A DNA stretch of 64,000 bases, taken from positions 30,318,001-30,382,000 of the forward strand of contig OZ260666.1 of the NCBI GenBank assembly GCA_965285935.1, in the 5' to 3' direction. The notes beneath the pieces are model-generated. The model searched no databases, was not told the origin of the DNA, and worked only from the letters and a program-made list of their open reading frames with translations. Shown here piece after piece: positions 39,249 through 51,909 of this stretch (within the stretch, counting starts at the first letter, position 1; every line of letters begins with the position of its first letter). Both the position numbers and the translations under genes were made by a program. The DNA comes from Ophelia neglecta (taxonomy: Eukaryota).

Positions 39249-42200
39249 CAGGTGTTCAATAAATTGACTGTAGGATAGGAATGGTGAATTGGAATGTTTC
39301 ATTTCCAAAGCAGTTTCGTTGAACGGCCTCCATGTGTTAAATAATAAACATAATAAGCCAGGAAATAATTAATAAAGAAACATATTGCATGAGAGAAAAT
39401 ACAACACATTTTCTTTCTTTGTAAAATGGTCCCTCAACAAAGATGTAAATTGTTAGGATGGATTACTCAACTGAGGTTGGACATTTCTGGTCTAGACCAG
39501 GTGAGCTTTAAGCCTAGCTGTGGGTTAGTACTGAGCAAAAGAAATCTGTTAGGAACAATATAATCATGCACTGCATGAACAACTATTTATTTACATATAC
39601 ATTATGGGCAACGCCAGTGTGCCAAGAAATACTGTACATGAAGCAGAAGGACACATATACAATTATTGCATGTTGTGATACTTGAAGGTCCAGTAAATTG
39701 CCGAGACCCCAGAAGCCGTGACATTTGCCTTGTTTCATCCAGGCTGACGAGTCTAAAATCTGCAGTGTGCACCTCCTTGATAAGACTTTAACTGATTTGG
39801 GGAGACACAAATTGATCTGCCTGGGTGCTTATTTCCTGCGCTATCAAGGCGTCATTGTTTGGCTGTTGGTGTAGGACGTGTCTGGAATACAGAACAGCAT
39901 GGACCTGTTACTTTCACCCATCAGCAGTGATAATTGGATGAACAACAAGATTTTCAAAGTGCCAAAAAACCATATCTAAAAAGATGTAGTGTGCTTACCA
40001 TAGGAGAGAATGCTTGGCACAATGGCAGAGGCATATTTTCATTTATCTACCAATAACTTTAACTAACGTTAAACAACTATGAAGGAGGGTATTGTCCTGC
40101 TATGGAGTTCTTTCAAAAATGGGCATAAAGCAGTGAGGGCTTTTGATTTCTGCTTGTATGTCCTGATTATAAGTTTCCCATGTTTTTGAACATACATAAC
40201 TCAAGTTGCTTGGGATATATTAAAGTAAGAATGTAGCTGGTTGTGCCATCTAGTCTACCGACAGCTGCAACATGCAAGATGTCATTGGATAACTATTTGC
40301 AACTTTAACTGCAGGAAGTAACAGAATGGTGCTTGATAGGAAATCCATACCAATGCAAAACACAACAAAATAATGCACATTTTTTGCTAAGAAACCAAGC
40401 ATTAGTCTGTTTACCTGTATAAAGGCTGGTGCTAAATAGATATGAATTACAAGTACAGTGAAAGTTGCCTTGAAGACCTCCTTTATATTCAAACTATTTT
40501 TCAATTCAAACTATACGCCATATTTTATACAAAATCTAGAAGTATTGATTTTTTTCAAAACATTTTGACTTCCCTAACACCCCTTCACTCCTCGTCCCCC
40601 TCCCTCCCCCACCTTGTTTATATACTATAAACACAAGAATAGCCAGTGGTCATGCAAACTATAGATACCTCCGTTCCTTAAAATTTGGCTACATCCCTTG
40701 TAAGAGCAGTGGCTTGTTTTTACCGAGCCTAGGGTCTGTTGTCTTGACGGCAGAGACAATGAGCTAATTGCGAGCTCAGTTCCCTTCACCTGTACCCTTT
40801 TCAAAGCAGCATCCTGTCCCATGTCTGCCTGGGGGGTATGACCAAAATAACCACCATGTGTAATCCCAAATCCAGTTCAGATGTGATATAGATGCAAGGG
40901 GGAGGGGGGGGGGGGGTTAAGTAATCTTATATACAATGATGATTGCATTCAGTAAAACATACTTAAAATGACCATACTTTGAAGAATGGTTGAAGTGTAT
41001 GTATGACAAGTAAAAAGATTATTCTTTCCTGAGTAGGATTAAAATTGTAATTGAAACTAGGGAAGCCACATCAAATATGACTAAAAGGTCTTTGAAAGCC
41101 AAGCCTGCAGATTTAAGTGTACCTGCTCCATGCTCTGCAGCCTTCCACTTCTGAGGCAGCAGGCATGCGAATACAAGTTGCCACAAATGGATTGAAGAGT
41201 GGCACAAACCAGTATAACATGCCCCAGGGCAAGCCTCTCCTAGTGAAATGTTGTTTACAATTTCATTAAGAAATCGATCTGTCATGATAAATTCCGCCGG
41301 GCTGATAAACAGACAACTAGAGGGTCAGGCAAGGGAGTGGTTATGCCAAGGCCAAGTGCAGAGCCCTTCGAACTGATAAATTTCATATTAGCGTGTTTCA
41401 TATTAGCTGTTTCTGGTCTCAGTCACAATCTGATCAGTGGTGTTTAATTGCCTCTCTGATTCAACCATTTAATAAGCAAACAACTGTTGCCTTCTACATT
41501 AAAATGCTCCAACAAAATTGACAAAAAGATGACAGATGGTTTTGCCAACATACATCATATCAACATAATCAATTCAATGCATGCCACTCCATGCAAAAAA
41601 TTGAACGTTATAACTATTGATACTTTTTTCTAAATTTTTTTTTAATGAAATTCGATTCATCAAATGTTATATTGTCAGCACAGTCCAAATTTATGTAGTT
41701 AAACAAGCTGTGAGTCCAGAAATAGCAAGTTTTGCCTATATTAATTCTGACATCTGAGCTTGGTCCATGGCATCAAACCAGTGTGTTTGTTACAAACATC
41801 AATGAGACGTACACATATATGCTAAGGGTATATGACTGAGCCCCTTAAGCTGTCCCCTTCCACCTTTGTTTTGACCCTGGGTTCCATGTAGAGGACTTGT
41901 AAAATGTTCTTTGCAAGCTTAAACACTGTGTTATTAAGGTGCTCCATGAGATATGCACTCAGACTTGTATGAATGCTTGCAAGTCTCGCAGACTTGTGAA
42001 TAATGCCACCCAATAGGAAATTGCACTATGCAATTCACTTTGGTTTGCAGTGCAAAATCTCATCTTTGTAATTTTGTAAAAATCTCATAGAAAATTTCCA
42101 AGGGATAGTTAAGCCCGAACAGAATTTGGAGCCTCCAGGTCAGCCATGCATAACAATAGAAATCACCAGGACCAAACATTTCATTTGGCTTGGATTGACA

Positions 42201-42422
42201 TTATTCCGTCAAACGATTTGAAAGATATGGCAAAAAACCTAAAATTTCAATAATAAAACTGCACCTGGTGTCCAATTGGGATCCTCGTGGGCATTCATGC
42301 ATGACAAAATGAATCTTGAGATCAAGGGCCTTCATTAAGAATTAGTTTGCATTAATATGAACTGTACCTGCTCATACATGTAAGTCAATGCCTTGTTTTC
42401 TATATGCTGTTTTTGTTTTCAG

Positions 42423-42477
42423 AGAAAGGAGAGAGCAGAGCAGGTGGCGTACAAACTTGAACAAGACCTGGCCCTGT
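42423..42477 (+). CDS. SNRNP70: U1-70K coding exon 3 (RKERAEQVAYKLEQDLAL-W)
   Basis: TTTTGTTTTCAG| acceptor, 55 nt, |GTAAGT donor, phase 0 to 1, in frame with exons 2 and 4. Confidence 0.93.
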
Positions 42478-42735
42478 GTAAGTATATATGATACTTGTGT
42501 CTTCTATATCACCTCTGTGTAAATAGACATGATAACTATATTTTATATCACCTCTGTGTAAGTATAAATCATAAATCTGTATTTATTAACTGTTTAAGTA
42601 GACATAATAACTATTTTATACCTTACTCACCTCGGTGTAAGTAGAAATGATAACTGAATTTTACATAAACTCTGCAAGTAGACATAATAACTGTATTTTA
42701 TGTGTGTTACTTTTGTGTAAATATACATGATAACT
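42474..42735. repeat. Degenerate ~40-bp tandem repeat starting at the exon-3 donor
   Basis: Recurrent CTGTGTAAGTA..CATRATAACT..ATTTTATA units. Confidence 0.65.
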
Positions 42736-43769
42736 TGCAAAGTGCAATACATCAGTGTGATATTAAATACAGCTTATAATTTGCCCCTTTTTTCTGCTCA
42801 AGTTACCCCCTAACTTGTTTGTTTTTCACTCTGTAAAGGCCCAAGTTTTATGCCCTGTGTTTATTGTGTTTTTATCCAGATTGAGTTTGGGTGAGATTGA
42901 ATTCCAGGGTGGCCCCACCCCACCTAATATAGTTAGTGTGATGTGAAGCCCACTACCAGTGGTGAGCTGTTGTTTGACCCACAGCACCTTCCCTAATAAA
43001 GTTTGGGTTGATGCCTACCAATGGGGTTCCTCTCGGGTATTGATCTGCAGAGACTTGTTTGTCCAATGTGTCAATGTTAACAGGGCCTGATGTCCATTAG
43101 CTTGACGGCCATAATCTATTTGTCCAAAATCACCCCAGAACCATGATGTAAACTATTCTAAATGTCTTTAGCTGACAGTCAAGCAGGCATCTGACCATAA
43201 CTGGACCAGTCTGTGGCCTCATCTGAATGCCGGTCAGCTCAGACCTGATGTTATCAAAACAGCTACCCCCAGTCTTGTCAGGTCAGTGGATACATCAGGT
43301 CACTGGTCCCAAGTGGTTTCCCTGGCCGAGCTTGGCACAGCAAACTGTATTGTCCAGTGATTGTTACAACCTTGGTGACAATACATGTACATTAGTCAAG
43401 GTTTAAAAAAACTGCAAGGAGATCCTGCAGGTGTGTGTCTTGTCTTGGTATAAGCTCAACTTGACTGTTTTCAGCCCCTGTGGACATCATGACTCTCTGC
43501 ATACAATGTGTGGTCATGTTTTAGGATGTCTTTATGTGCTTTAAAACCATAAAATGGTTATTTTTCTGGTGTCAAATGCTGTTAGCAGGTGTATGTGCAC
43601 GTGGGCTGTGTCCCTTATTAGGCCAGATTTAGCTGTAGAGTTGCCTTCCATTTATTCCTCAATTTGTAATTTGCTGTCATTTTTTAAGCTTGTAATTAAT
43701 ATTTCTACCCTGGAGTCTTAAAGAGGAGACAAATCAGGACTTATCTAGGCCTAATCTCGACTGTTTTAT

Positions 43770-43916
43770 TGTCTTGAACCTTGGCCTGTTTTAAAGCTTG
43801 AACTTTAGTCTGTTTTAGGGATTTGAAGAATCTTGGCCTATTTTAAGGCTTGAATCTTGACCTGCTTTAGGACTTGAACCTTGATGGTTTAGGGCTTAGA
43901 CTTGGCATGTTTTAGG
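43770..43916. repeat. Degenerate ~24-bp tandem repeat
   Basis: About six copies of CTTGAACCTTGGCCTGTTTTAGGG-like units. Confidence 0.6.
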
Positions 43917-44534
43917 CACGTCTAAATGTATGGTACTTGCATTTGAGACAAACTTTACCAGCAGATGCCATATTCTTGTTGACACTTGACTGACTGCTCC
44001 GTGAGGGGGTGTGAGCGAGGGGAATCATGATTTCAGTGATTTGTCTGACTGGCTGGGCAGCTGTAGTGTCCTGTGAAGAGACTGCCTCCGGCCCTGTTTA
44101 CAGCCTGTATGAGGAACCTTGTCAGTAGGCCCGCACCTTGATGCCTGTATATTTCTTCATCTGTCTATTAGCACCCTATTTAGCCACCTGAACCATTCTA
44201 ATCACAACTCTCCTATCAATGCAGCAGTCTTGAAGGGCCCATTCTAACTACAGTGCCAAGGCTGTTCAGCTGAGTTGAATTGCTTGTTAGTTTTGAGACT
44301 GTGCACTCTAGGAGGCAGGCAGCCAGACCTTTCTCTGTTTAAGACGGGTAACCAACCCTTATTAGACCCCATAAGTATGACCAGAATACTATGTTGTCTT
44401 TCTCATTATTTGCACCATTGGAAGAATCAACTTTATGTCAAGCCGTCTTAGCACTTGTGGTGAGTTGGCCCTCAGAGGAGCTGATTGTTATTGAGAACCT
44501 GGCAACATGGTAGTTTATCAGTTCAGTGATGACC

Positions 44535-46340
44535 TGACTGATCTCTCTAGCCAGTCCCTCAGCCTCCTGTCCTGGTGGGACAGGTTACTGACACAGCACT
44601 CAAGGAGCTAGGTGACTGATCTCTCTAGCCAGTCCCTCAGCCTCCTGTCCTGGTGGGACAGGTTACTGACACAGCACTCAAGGAGCTAGGTGACTGATCT
44701 CTCTAGCCAGTCCCTCAGCACTCAAGGAGCTAGGTGACTGATCTCTCTAGCCAGTCCCTCAGCCTCCTGTCCTGGTGGGACAGGTTACTGACACAGCACT
44801 CAAGGAGCTAGGTGACTGATCTCTCTAGCCAGTCCCTCAGCCTCCTGTCCTGGTGGGACAGGTTACTGACACAGCACTCAAGGAGCTAGGTGACTGATCT
44901 CTCTAGCCAGTCCCTCAGCCTCCTGTCCTGGTGGGACAGGTTACTGACACAGCACTCAAGGAGCTAGGTGACTGATCTCTCTAGCCAGTCCCTCAGCCTC
45001 CTGTCCTGGTGGGACAGGTTACTGACACAGCACTCAAGGAGCTAGGTGACTGATCTCTCTAGCCAGTCCCTCAGCCTCCTGTCCTGGTGGGACAGGTTAC
45101 TGACACAGCACTCAAGGAGCTAGGTGACTGATCTCTCTAGCCAGTCCCTCAGCCTCCTGTCCTGGTGGGACAGGTTACTGACACAACACTCAAGGAGCTA
45201 GGTGACTGATCTCTCTAGCCAGTCCCTCAGTCTCCTGTCCTGGTGGGACAGGTTACTGACACAGCACTCAAGGAGCTAGGTGACTGATCTCTCTAGCCAG
45301 TCCCTCAGCCTCCTGTCCTGGTGGGACAGGTTACTGACACAGCACTCAAGGAGCTAGGTGACTGATCTCTCTAGCCAGTCCCTCAGCCTCCTGTCCTGGT
45401 GGGACAGGTTACTGACACAGCACTCAAGGAGCTAGGTGACTGATCTCTCTAGCCAGTCCCTCAGCACTCAAGGAGCTAGGTGACTGATCTCTCTAGCCAG
45501 TCCCTCAGCCTCCTGTCCTGGTGGGACAGGTTACTGACACAGCACTCAAGGAGCTAGGTGACTGATCTCTCTAGCCAGTCCCTCAGCCTCCTGTCCTGGT
45601 GGGACAGGTTACTGACACAGCACTCAAGGAGCTAGGTGACTGATCTCTCTAGCCAGTCCCTCAGCCTCCTGTCCTGGTGGGACAGGTTACTGACACAGCA
45701 CTCAAGGAGCTAGGTGACTGATCTCTCTAGCCAGTCCCTCAGCCTCCTGTCCTGGTGGGACAGGTTACTGACACAGCACTCAAGGAGCTAGGTGACTGAT
45801 CTCTCTAGCCAGTCCCTCAGCCTCCTGTCCTGGTGGGACAGGTTACTGACACAGCACTCAAGGAGCTAGGTGACTGATCTCTCTAGCCAGTCCCTCAGCC
45901 TCCTGTCCTGGTGGGACAGGTTACTGACACAGCACTCAAGGAGCTAGGTGACTGATCTCTCTAGCCAGTCCCTCAGCCTCCTGTCCTGGTGGGACAGGTT
46001 ACTGACACAACACTCAAGGAGCTAGGTGACTGATCTCTCTAGCCAGTCCCTCAGTCTCCTGTCCTGGTGGGACAGGTTACTGACACAGCACTCAAGGAGC
46101 TAGGTGACTGATCTCTCTAGCCAGTCCCTCAGCCTCCTGTCCTGGTGGGACAGGTTACTGACACAGCACTCAAGGAGCTAGGTGACTGATCTCTCTAGCC
46201 AGTCCCTCAGCCTCCTGTCCTGGTGGGACAGGTTACTGACACAGCACTCAAGGAGCTAGGTGACTGATCTCTCTAGCCAGTCCCTCAGCCTCCTGTCCTG
46301 GTGGGACAGGTTACTGACACAGCACTCAAGGAGCTAGGTG
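44535..46340. repeat. 78-bp tandem repeat array (22 full and 2 truncated 44-bp units)
   Basis: Unit TGACTGATCTCTCTAGCCAGTCCCTCAGCCTCCTGTCCTGGTGGGACAGGTTACTGACACAGCACTCAAGGAGCTAGG, near-identical copies. Short units at 44691 and 45437. Confidence 0.97.
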
Positions 46341-46985
46341 GTAGTTTATAGCCATGGGTGGTAGGCGGCATCACCCAGAATCTCCCCAACTCCATGGCAT
46401 GACCGTTTTATACCTCAGCCTTTGAAGTCAGAAGACTTTTCTAATATCAGCTTTTGAAGCTTACTTTTGTACAAATAGGACTCAAAGACCAAAAGATTTC
46501 TACTGGTGCTCACTTCCTATTCAGGATGCACCTCAAATACCAATGATCATTGATCAATCTACATCATCCGGTGTTTGTTTTTCGACCCGCTTTTGATAAG
46601 GTTGATCCTGATTTGTAAGCAGAGTGTGGTCTGCCTCCTGATTAGAGCGGTCTAACTTCTGAGAAGAAGTATACTCCACCTCTACTGGGGTCACCAGCTC
46701 AAACATCACTCTCTCCATAGCAAACCCAGCTAGGTGGCTTATTTCCCAATTCTTCCATGAATTCCTCCTTTCTGTTTCCGAAGTGAAGTGTGATTAAAAT
46801 CAAGAAGGGTGGTTTACATTTTAGCCCTTCTCTTTCTGTTTCAATTAATCTAATATTAATTAATGCTCTGTTTCACTACATTATTTAAGCTAAATGCAAA
46901 CCGAACTGTTTTCTTATGACTTGTAAAAAGGAAAGTAACTGCCTCGTCCCCCGTACCGATGTAGTATTATATAAATCGCACTTAC

Positions 46986-46996
46986 CCAGGAGGCAT
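46986..46996 (-). CDS. Candidate minimal alternative Shaker start (MPPG) within a 56-nt exon 47041-46986
   Basis: ATGCCTCCTGG|GTAAGT, phase 2, with upstream acceptor CTAATCATTTTTCGTTAG|. Very short. Confidence 0.3.
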
Positions 46997-49900
46997 AATG
47001 CCTATTTTGTGTACAATTCTATTGCTTTACATAATTATATGCTAACGAAAAATGATTAGAGACTATTCATAATGGTATATTAATGTCTGGGATTTCGTTG
47101 GCAGCCTAGTTTCAGGGATTTCATGTTTTTTTCAAGATTGCCTATTTTTTACAACATGGTAATGTTTGAAATGACAAAAGAGCCTTGTATGCCTCGCTTG
47201 CCTAAATCTTGGCCATTAATAACACTGAATTGTTCCTAATCTGCTAAATAATTGTCAAGTGACTTAATATATTCAATGACCACGACACAAGGCTGCTTTG
47301 ATTGTCACATTACCTTTGATTTGTGTTAGAAGTATTGTGAATTCCCACAGGAATGTGTGGTCAGGTGACTGCTGAGGCCATATGACCTTAACCCCACAGT
47401 GTGTGTGGAGGGGGTGGGGTGGGGGGGGGAGAGGGTAGAAAACTGTGAAAGTATTGCATTATAAACCGCTTTTCTTCTGAGGCTATCACCTGTCATTTTG
47501 AAGAGACCGCACTTCGACCTCGTTATGTGGGGAGCCCATTCCAAGTCCCATGTCAGTTCATTTCCCAATCCAATCATGTGCAATGCCCATCTGAAGGCAC
47601 ATGCAATGCTCAGCTTCTGGATTGTCAGCAGACACAAAAAATCAAATTAAACAAGTCATTGGAGGTGATCTAGTTTGCAAGCAAGTAATTATCATAGGCC
47701 TGGTTTAAAAAGTAGTCCTTGTTCATCATTCCAATTTGAGGCCTGGGCTTTGGGATGATACAAGTCATTGCACAAGTGACACAATGACTCATTTATAGTG
47801 ATGTGAAATATCTCCCCTTTTTTTGCTCAGACAGTTCACATTTTCTCAGCAGAAAGGAAAACTGTGACATCACACCACCGCGGCTATCAATTTCTAGAAC
47901 TCTAGAGAATGGTATGCGTGGTAGATGTCAGCATGAGAATAGAAATGCCACAATAGTTCTTGTTCATCCAAGGCATTTCTCTGGCTGGCCTTTGATGCCT
48001 GTCAGCCTGCCTACCAGTCTCTGGTGTATTCTACCATTAAAGTACATCATACATAACACGGTATGGTACACGCCAAGTCACCTGAATCAGATACTCAATA
48101 ACACATCGGTTGTTACTGTTTTTTGCTCTGTGTATCGTGTTATTTACTTGTTTAAAGAGGCATTAAGCCTACTGTGTTTCAATAATCCTTGGCATCTTAA
48201 CTTTTGCACCATCAGAAGTCATGTATTGAAGTGAGTTGCAGGTAAAGCTGTCACCATCTTTTTGCCTCAGACATTTGATGAACGCTGGTAGAGCTGCTTG
48301 CACACAGCTATTGATGCAATTCAAATCAGAATTTCGTCTGTCGAAAAATATCAAAATCATCTGTTAGCAAGTCTGTGCAATACTGGGATTTGGCATTAGC
48401 AAACTATTTTTAACATATTGTTAAAAGTTGTTATTTTCTCATGCCTTTTATTAATCAACATTGATTATTAATTAAATGTATACCGTTACAGTAGTAGACT
48501 AGTGTTACAGGAGAGACCTTGGGCGGGGAGGTAATGGTAGTGTCCTGACACCCATTTGTCATAGCCATGGCATGATGTGGATGCCGTCATTACAACCTTC
48601 AACATCCAGTGTTCTATTACCACCCATCATGCAAGCCAAATTACTCAACTGGCTATTGGCTCCCACAGAATGGGCTGGAACCTTTCTTTCTGTGGCACAT
48701 TTTTCTTTCTGTGGCACATTTCTGCATTGTTGTCATGGCTACAAATTGATTTACCGGTGGCCTGGGTTGTATTGTGAGTTGATTTGTTGTGTTTATGTTT
48801 TGCTAAGGGACCTTAAAAGTATTTGGCAACTCAACCACATTTTAATGTTGTGAGATATAAAAAATGAATGCATCACAGTCCGGTTTCTGCCTCCAATCAT
48901 CATTCAGTTGCTTTAATGGTAAATGGGTCTGGCATTGCTGTGCTGGTTTGTTATGTTGGAATTTAACCAGCGTGTGTGCTGTGCTGGTGGCCTGGCTGAC
49001 TTCTGTCACAACCACTCCTCGATGATGTCACTGGACCAATCTAACTGGAGGGCCTCCTAAAATGGACTGTTAGCTGTTGATTTCATAAAAGCAGAAAATT
49101 AATGAAGACATCATTGGCTCTGTGCGCCGCGCTACGGCCACCAATAATTAATGACTTGCTAGAGCATTGGTGTCTGTCTATTTCTTAAAACACTCTTCCC
49201 ATTTTAAGTCACTCTTCACATCATACAGTACATCAGAGTATTGTCCTAGCTAGGCATGGGTTCCAGCCATTTATTAGTAGCCATGGCTGGGTGGCTGTGC
49301 AGGCCAGGGGTGGTGTGGTGGAAAGTTGGACCCTTAAGTTTTTCACTTCAGTCTCTAGACAACAATGGGTTTTGCATACATACCTGTCTAAGACCCAACT
49401 CTAAGATATGACTGTGTCCAATACCCTTTGTTATTTACTGACTTTCAGTAAAAAACTGGAGTTAAGTCTCCAGTCTAATAGAACTCCACCCCAGATTCAT
49501 ACCAGGCACCACCAGTTATTAACATACTGAACAATGGCATGTAGCACAGCTATACACATTTGGCCATGATTAGATTCCATGTCCTTGATAACAGTCAGTT
49601 TGTACTCAGTCTTGGCATTCGCACTTCTAGGTTTGCCCTTCTATGATTTTCAATTGAGTTTTTATGATGTGCCAAGTTTTATAAGAACAAAGCTGTGCAC
49701 CGAGGAGAAAAATCATTAAAAAACCTACCAACGACTTGCTCTTTATATCCTACGGACTGGCTTTTATCTTTTATCTTTTACCAGCGATGTGTATCAATCT
49801 TTTTTCATGCCTATTGAGTCAATTATATTAGTACTACAACTATGCTAGTACTGACAGATGTGAATTACAACTGATATTATTCATAAGATTTAGGTCTTTT

Positions 49901-50444
49901 TTTTAAATAATGTAGATTGTACTTGAGTGATTGCTCCAAGCAGGTGTCCAATAGCCAGGTAATAGTTAAAACCTTGGTCTACCAGCCGCAATCTCCCCTT
50001 ATCTGGTACCAGACTGGTATTTACTGGAGTGAAGTTTTACGGCTCTCCTTCCTGAAACATGCCAACTGCCTAGTACCTAGTGGTGGTTTTACTCCTGAGC
50101 CCTGGACTGAATCTGTCTGGATGCTAGCAATAACTAGATTCTATTCCGGACGACAAGCCAAGCCGAGCAAACTGTCCACAGGATTCTTGACACACAAGGC
50201 AACAAGTACTCATGGCCAAGTTGTCACATCAGGTATACACAGGCTGTCCAGAAGCAACCAGATGAGGCACGTCCATGCAATTGCTTTCCAAATTCACACC
50301 ATATTGAATAAAACCCACCCGAATGCCTGATCCATTTATGGGAGAAAATGTCCTTCTGCCTCAAAGCTAGTAGATTACAGACCCTGACACACTTGCTGCT
50401 ATGGTTTCAATATATTCCTAAATCAAGTTTCTTGTTTTTTACAG

Positions 50445-50509
50445 GGGACCCGAACACCGATCCAAATGCTGGAGGAGACCCGTATAAGACTATGTTTGTG
50501 GCTCGGATT
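50445..50509 (+). CDS. SNRNP70: U1-70K coding exon 4 (W-DPNTDPNAGGDPYKTMFVARI)
   Basis: TTTTTTACAG| acceptor, 65 nt, |GTAAGT donor. Start of the RRM (RNP2). Confidence 0.96.
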
Positions 50510-51846
50510 GTAAGTACAGAGACAGCGTCAGATTAAACAATCAGTGATCTAGACATGGTGTTAACTGTGTAAGATACCTGAGCATTAAAAAGTCTTGTCA
50601 AATAATGCTGATTACTTGTAGAATGAATTAATAATTGATCAGTATGCAACAAATAACGGTTTAAATCTTTTGTGATCATTTGCTGAATGCTTTGTTTCCT
50701 GACCAGAATTGCTGGTTTGTGGTTGGAGGTAATGGTGTATTGTAAAAATAACTACTTTTCCTCAGCGGACTTAGAAGTCATTTTTTAAGTCATGAAGCCA
50801 ACTGGCATGGTTTTGACAAAATCACATCTTGTGTGCACCAATGTTATTCATCCCAATAAATAAATAGCGCAGAGAGAGCGGAGAATTGGCCGAGTGGGGT
50901 CAGGGCGGGATCCCGTAGAGTATCCTGCTCTAGGCAGGGATTGCGTGCTCTGGAGCCATTGCTGATAAAGCTCTCTGCTTGTTGCTGTCCTATAAAATCA
51001 CCACAGTTTCTGGCCTAGAATAGGTTTTTTGTCTCCCAGGCCGCAAATGAAGGGTCGATGTTTTCAAGCCAAAAACTCTGGACCAATTCGCCAGCCGGAG
51101 AGAATTGCCATTCCCTTTAATGCTGATTTGGTTTAGTGTGGCAGCAAATTATTGTAAACACTTTTTTTCCCCAAATAGGCTTTTACTTTTTGAATGGAGC
51201 TTCCTTCATGTAACTTTTAATAAATGACTTACAACAGGCTCTGAATAAGTTATCCTGTGAAAAACAAAAGTAAATTGGATCTACAAAATGATGAAGATAA
51301 AACATTTGTGCATGGGAACTGTTGTCATAATTTTGCTATAATGAGGGACAATGTCAGTCAAAGTGGTGCAACGGAATAATGTTTTTGGAGGTAATCTATC
51401 AAAATATTCATCATCATAATGCTGGAGTATTGATTGCTTTCTTCCTATTGAAGTGCAAAACCTTTAAGTGTATTTATTCATACAAAGAAAGCTTTTTTTG
51501 CCATATGCACTGCTTCCCACAGTAGGTACTGTTGGTAGGTGATTTGGCCTGAGAACCCTGACTGGGAGATGATGATGTTTGTCCTCCTAGCACATGTCAC
51601 TCCCTGCTGGTGGATACAATTGATGGGGTGCATTTGAAATGGTGACAGCACCTTCTTTCAACCGATGACTGTTCCCTGGAAATGTGTAGAATTTCCAATT
51701 AATTCTGACGTGTCACATCAAACATTATACGCCCGTCTGTAAGGGAGATATCCCTGATTGAAAGTCACTCGGTCTAACCTTTACACCCCCTCATGAAAAG
51801 ACCATGCCTGCTACTCAAATATTCAATTTCCTCTTTTCTTTTTCAG

Positions 51847-51909
51847 AATTATGACACAAGTGAGTCCAAGCTTAGAAGAGAATTTGAAGTTTATGGGCCT
51901 GTGAAAAGG
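51847..51909 (+). CDS. SNRNP70: U1-70K coding exon 5 ([21 protein letters not shown])
   Basis: Long pyrimidine tract + CAG|, 63 nt, AGG|GTAGGT donor. Conserved RRM helix. Confidence 0.97.

Noticed and set aside
41123-41166. Phase-2 mini-ORF MPAASEVEGCRAWSR
   Set aside because: Weak donor (GTACAC); expected by chance.
44535-46340. CRISPR-like appearance (regular repeats with a hairpin)
   Set aside because: There are no unique spacers and no cas genes, and the context is a eukaryotic intron. It is a tandem repeat.
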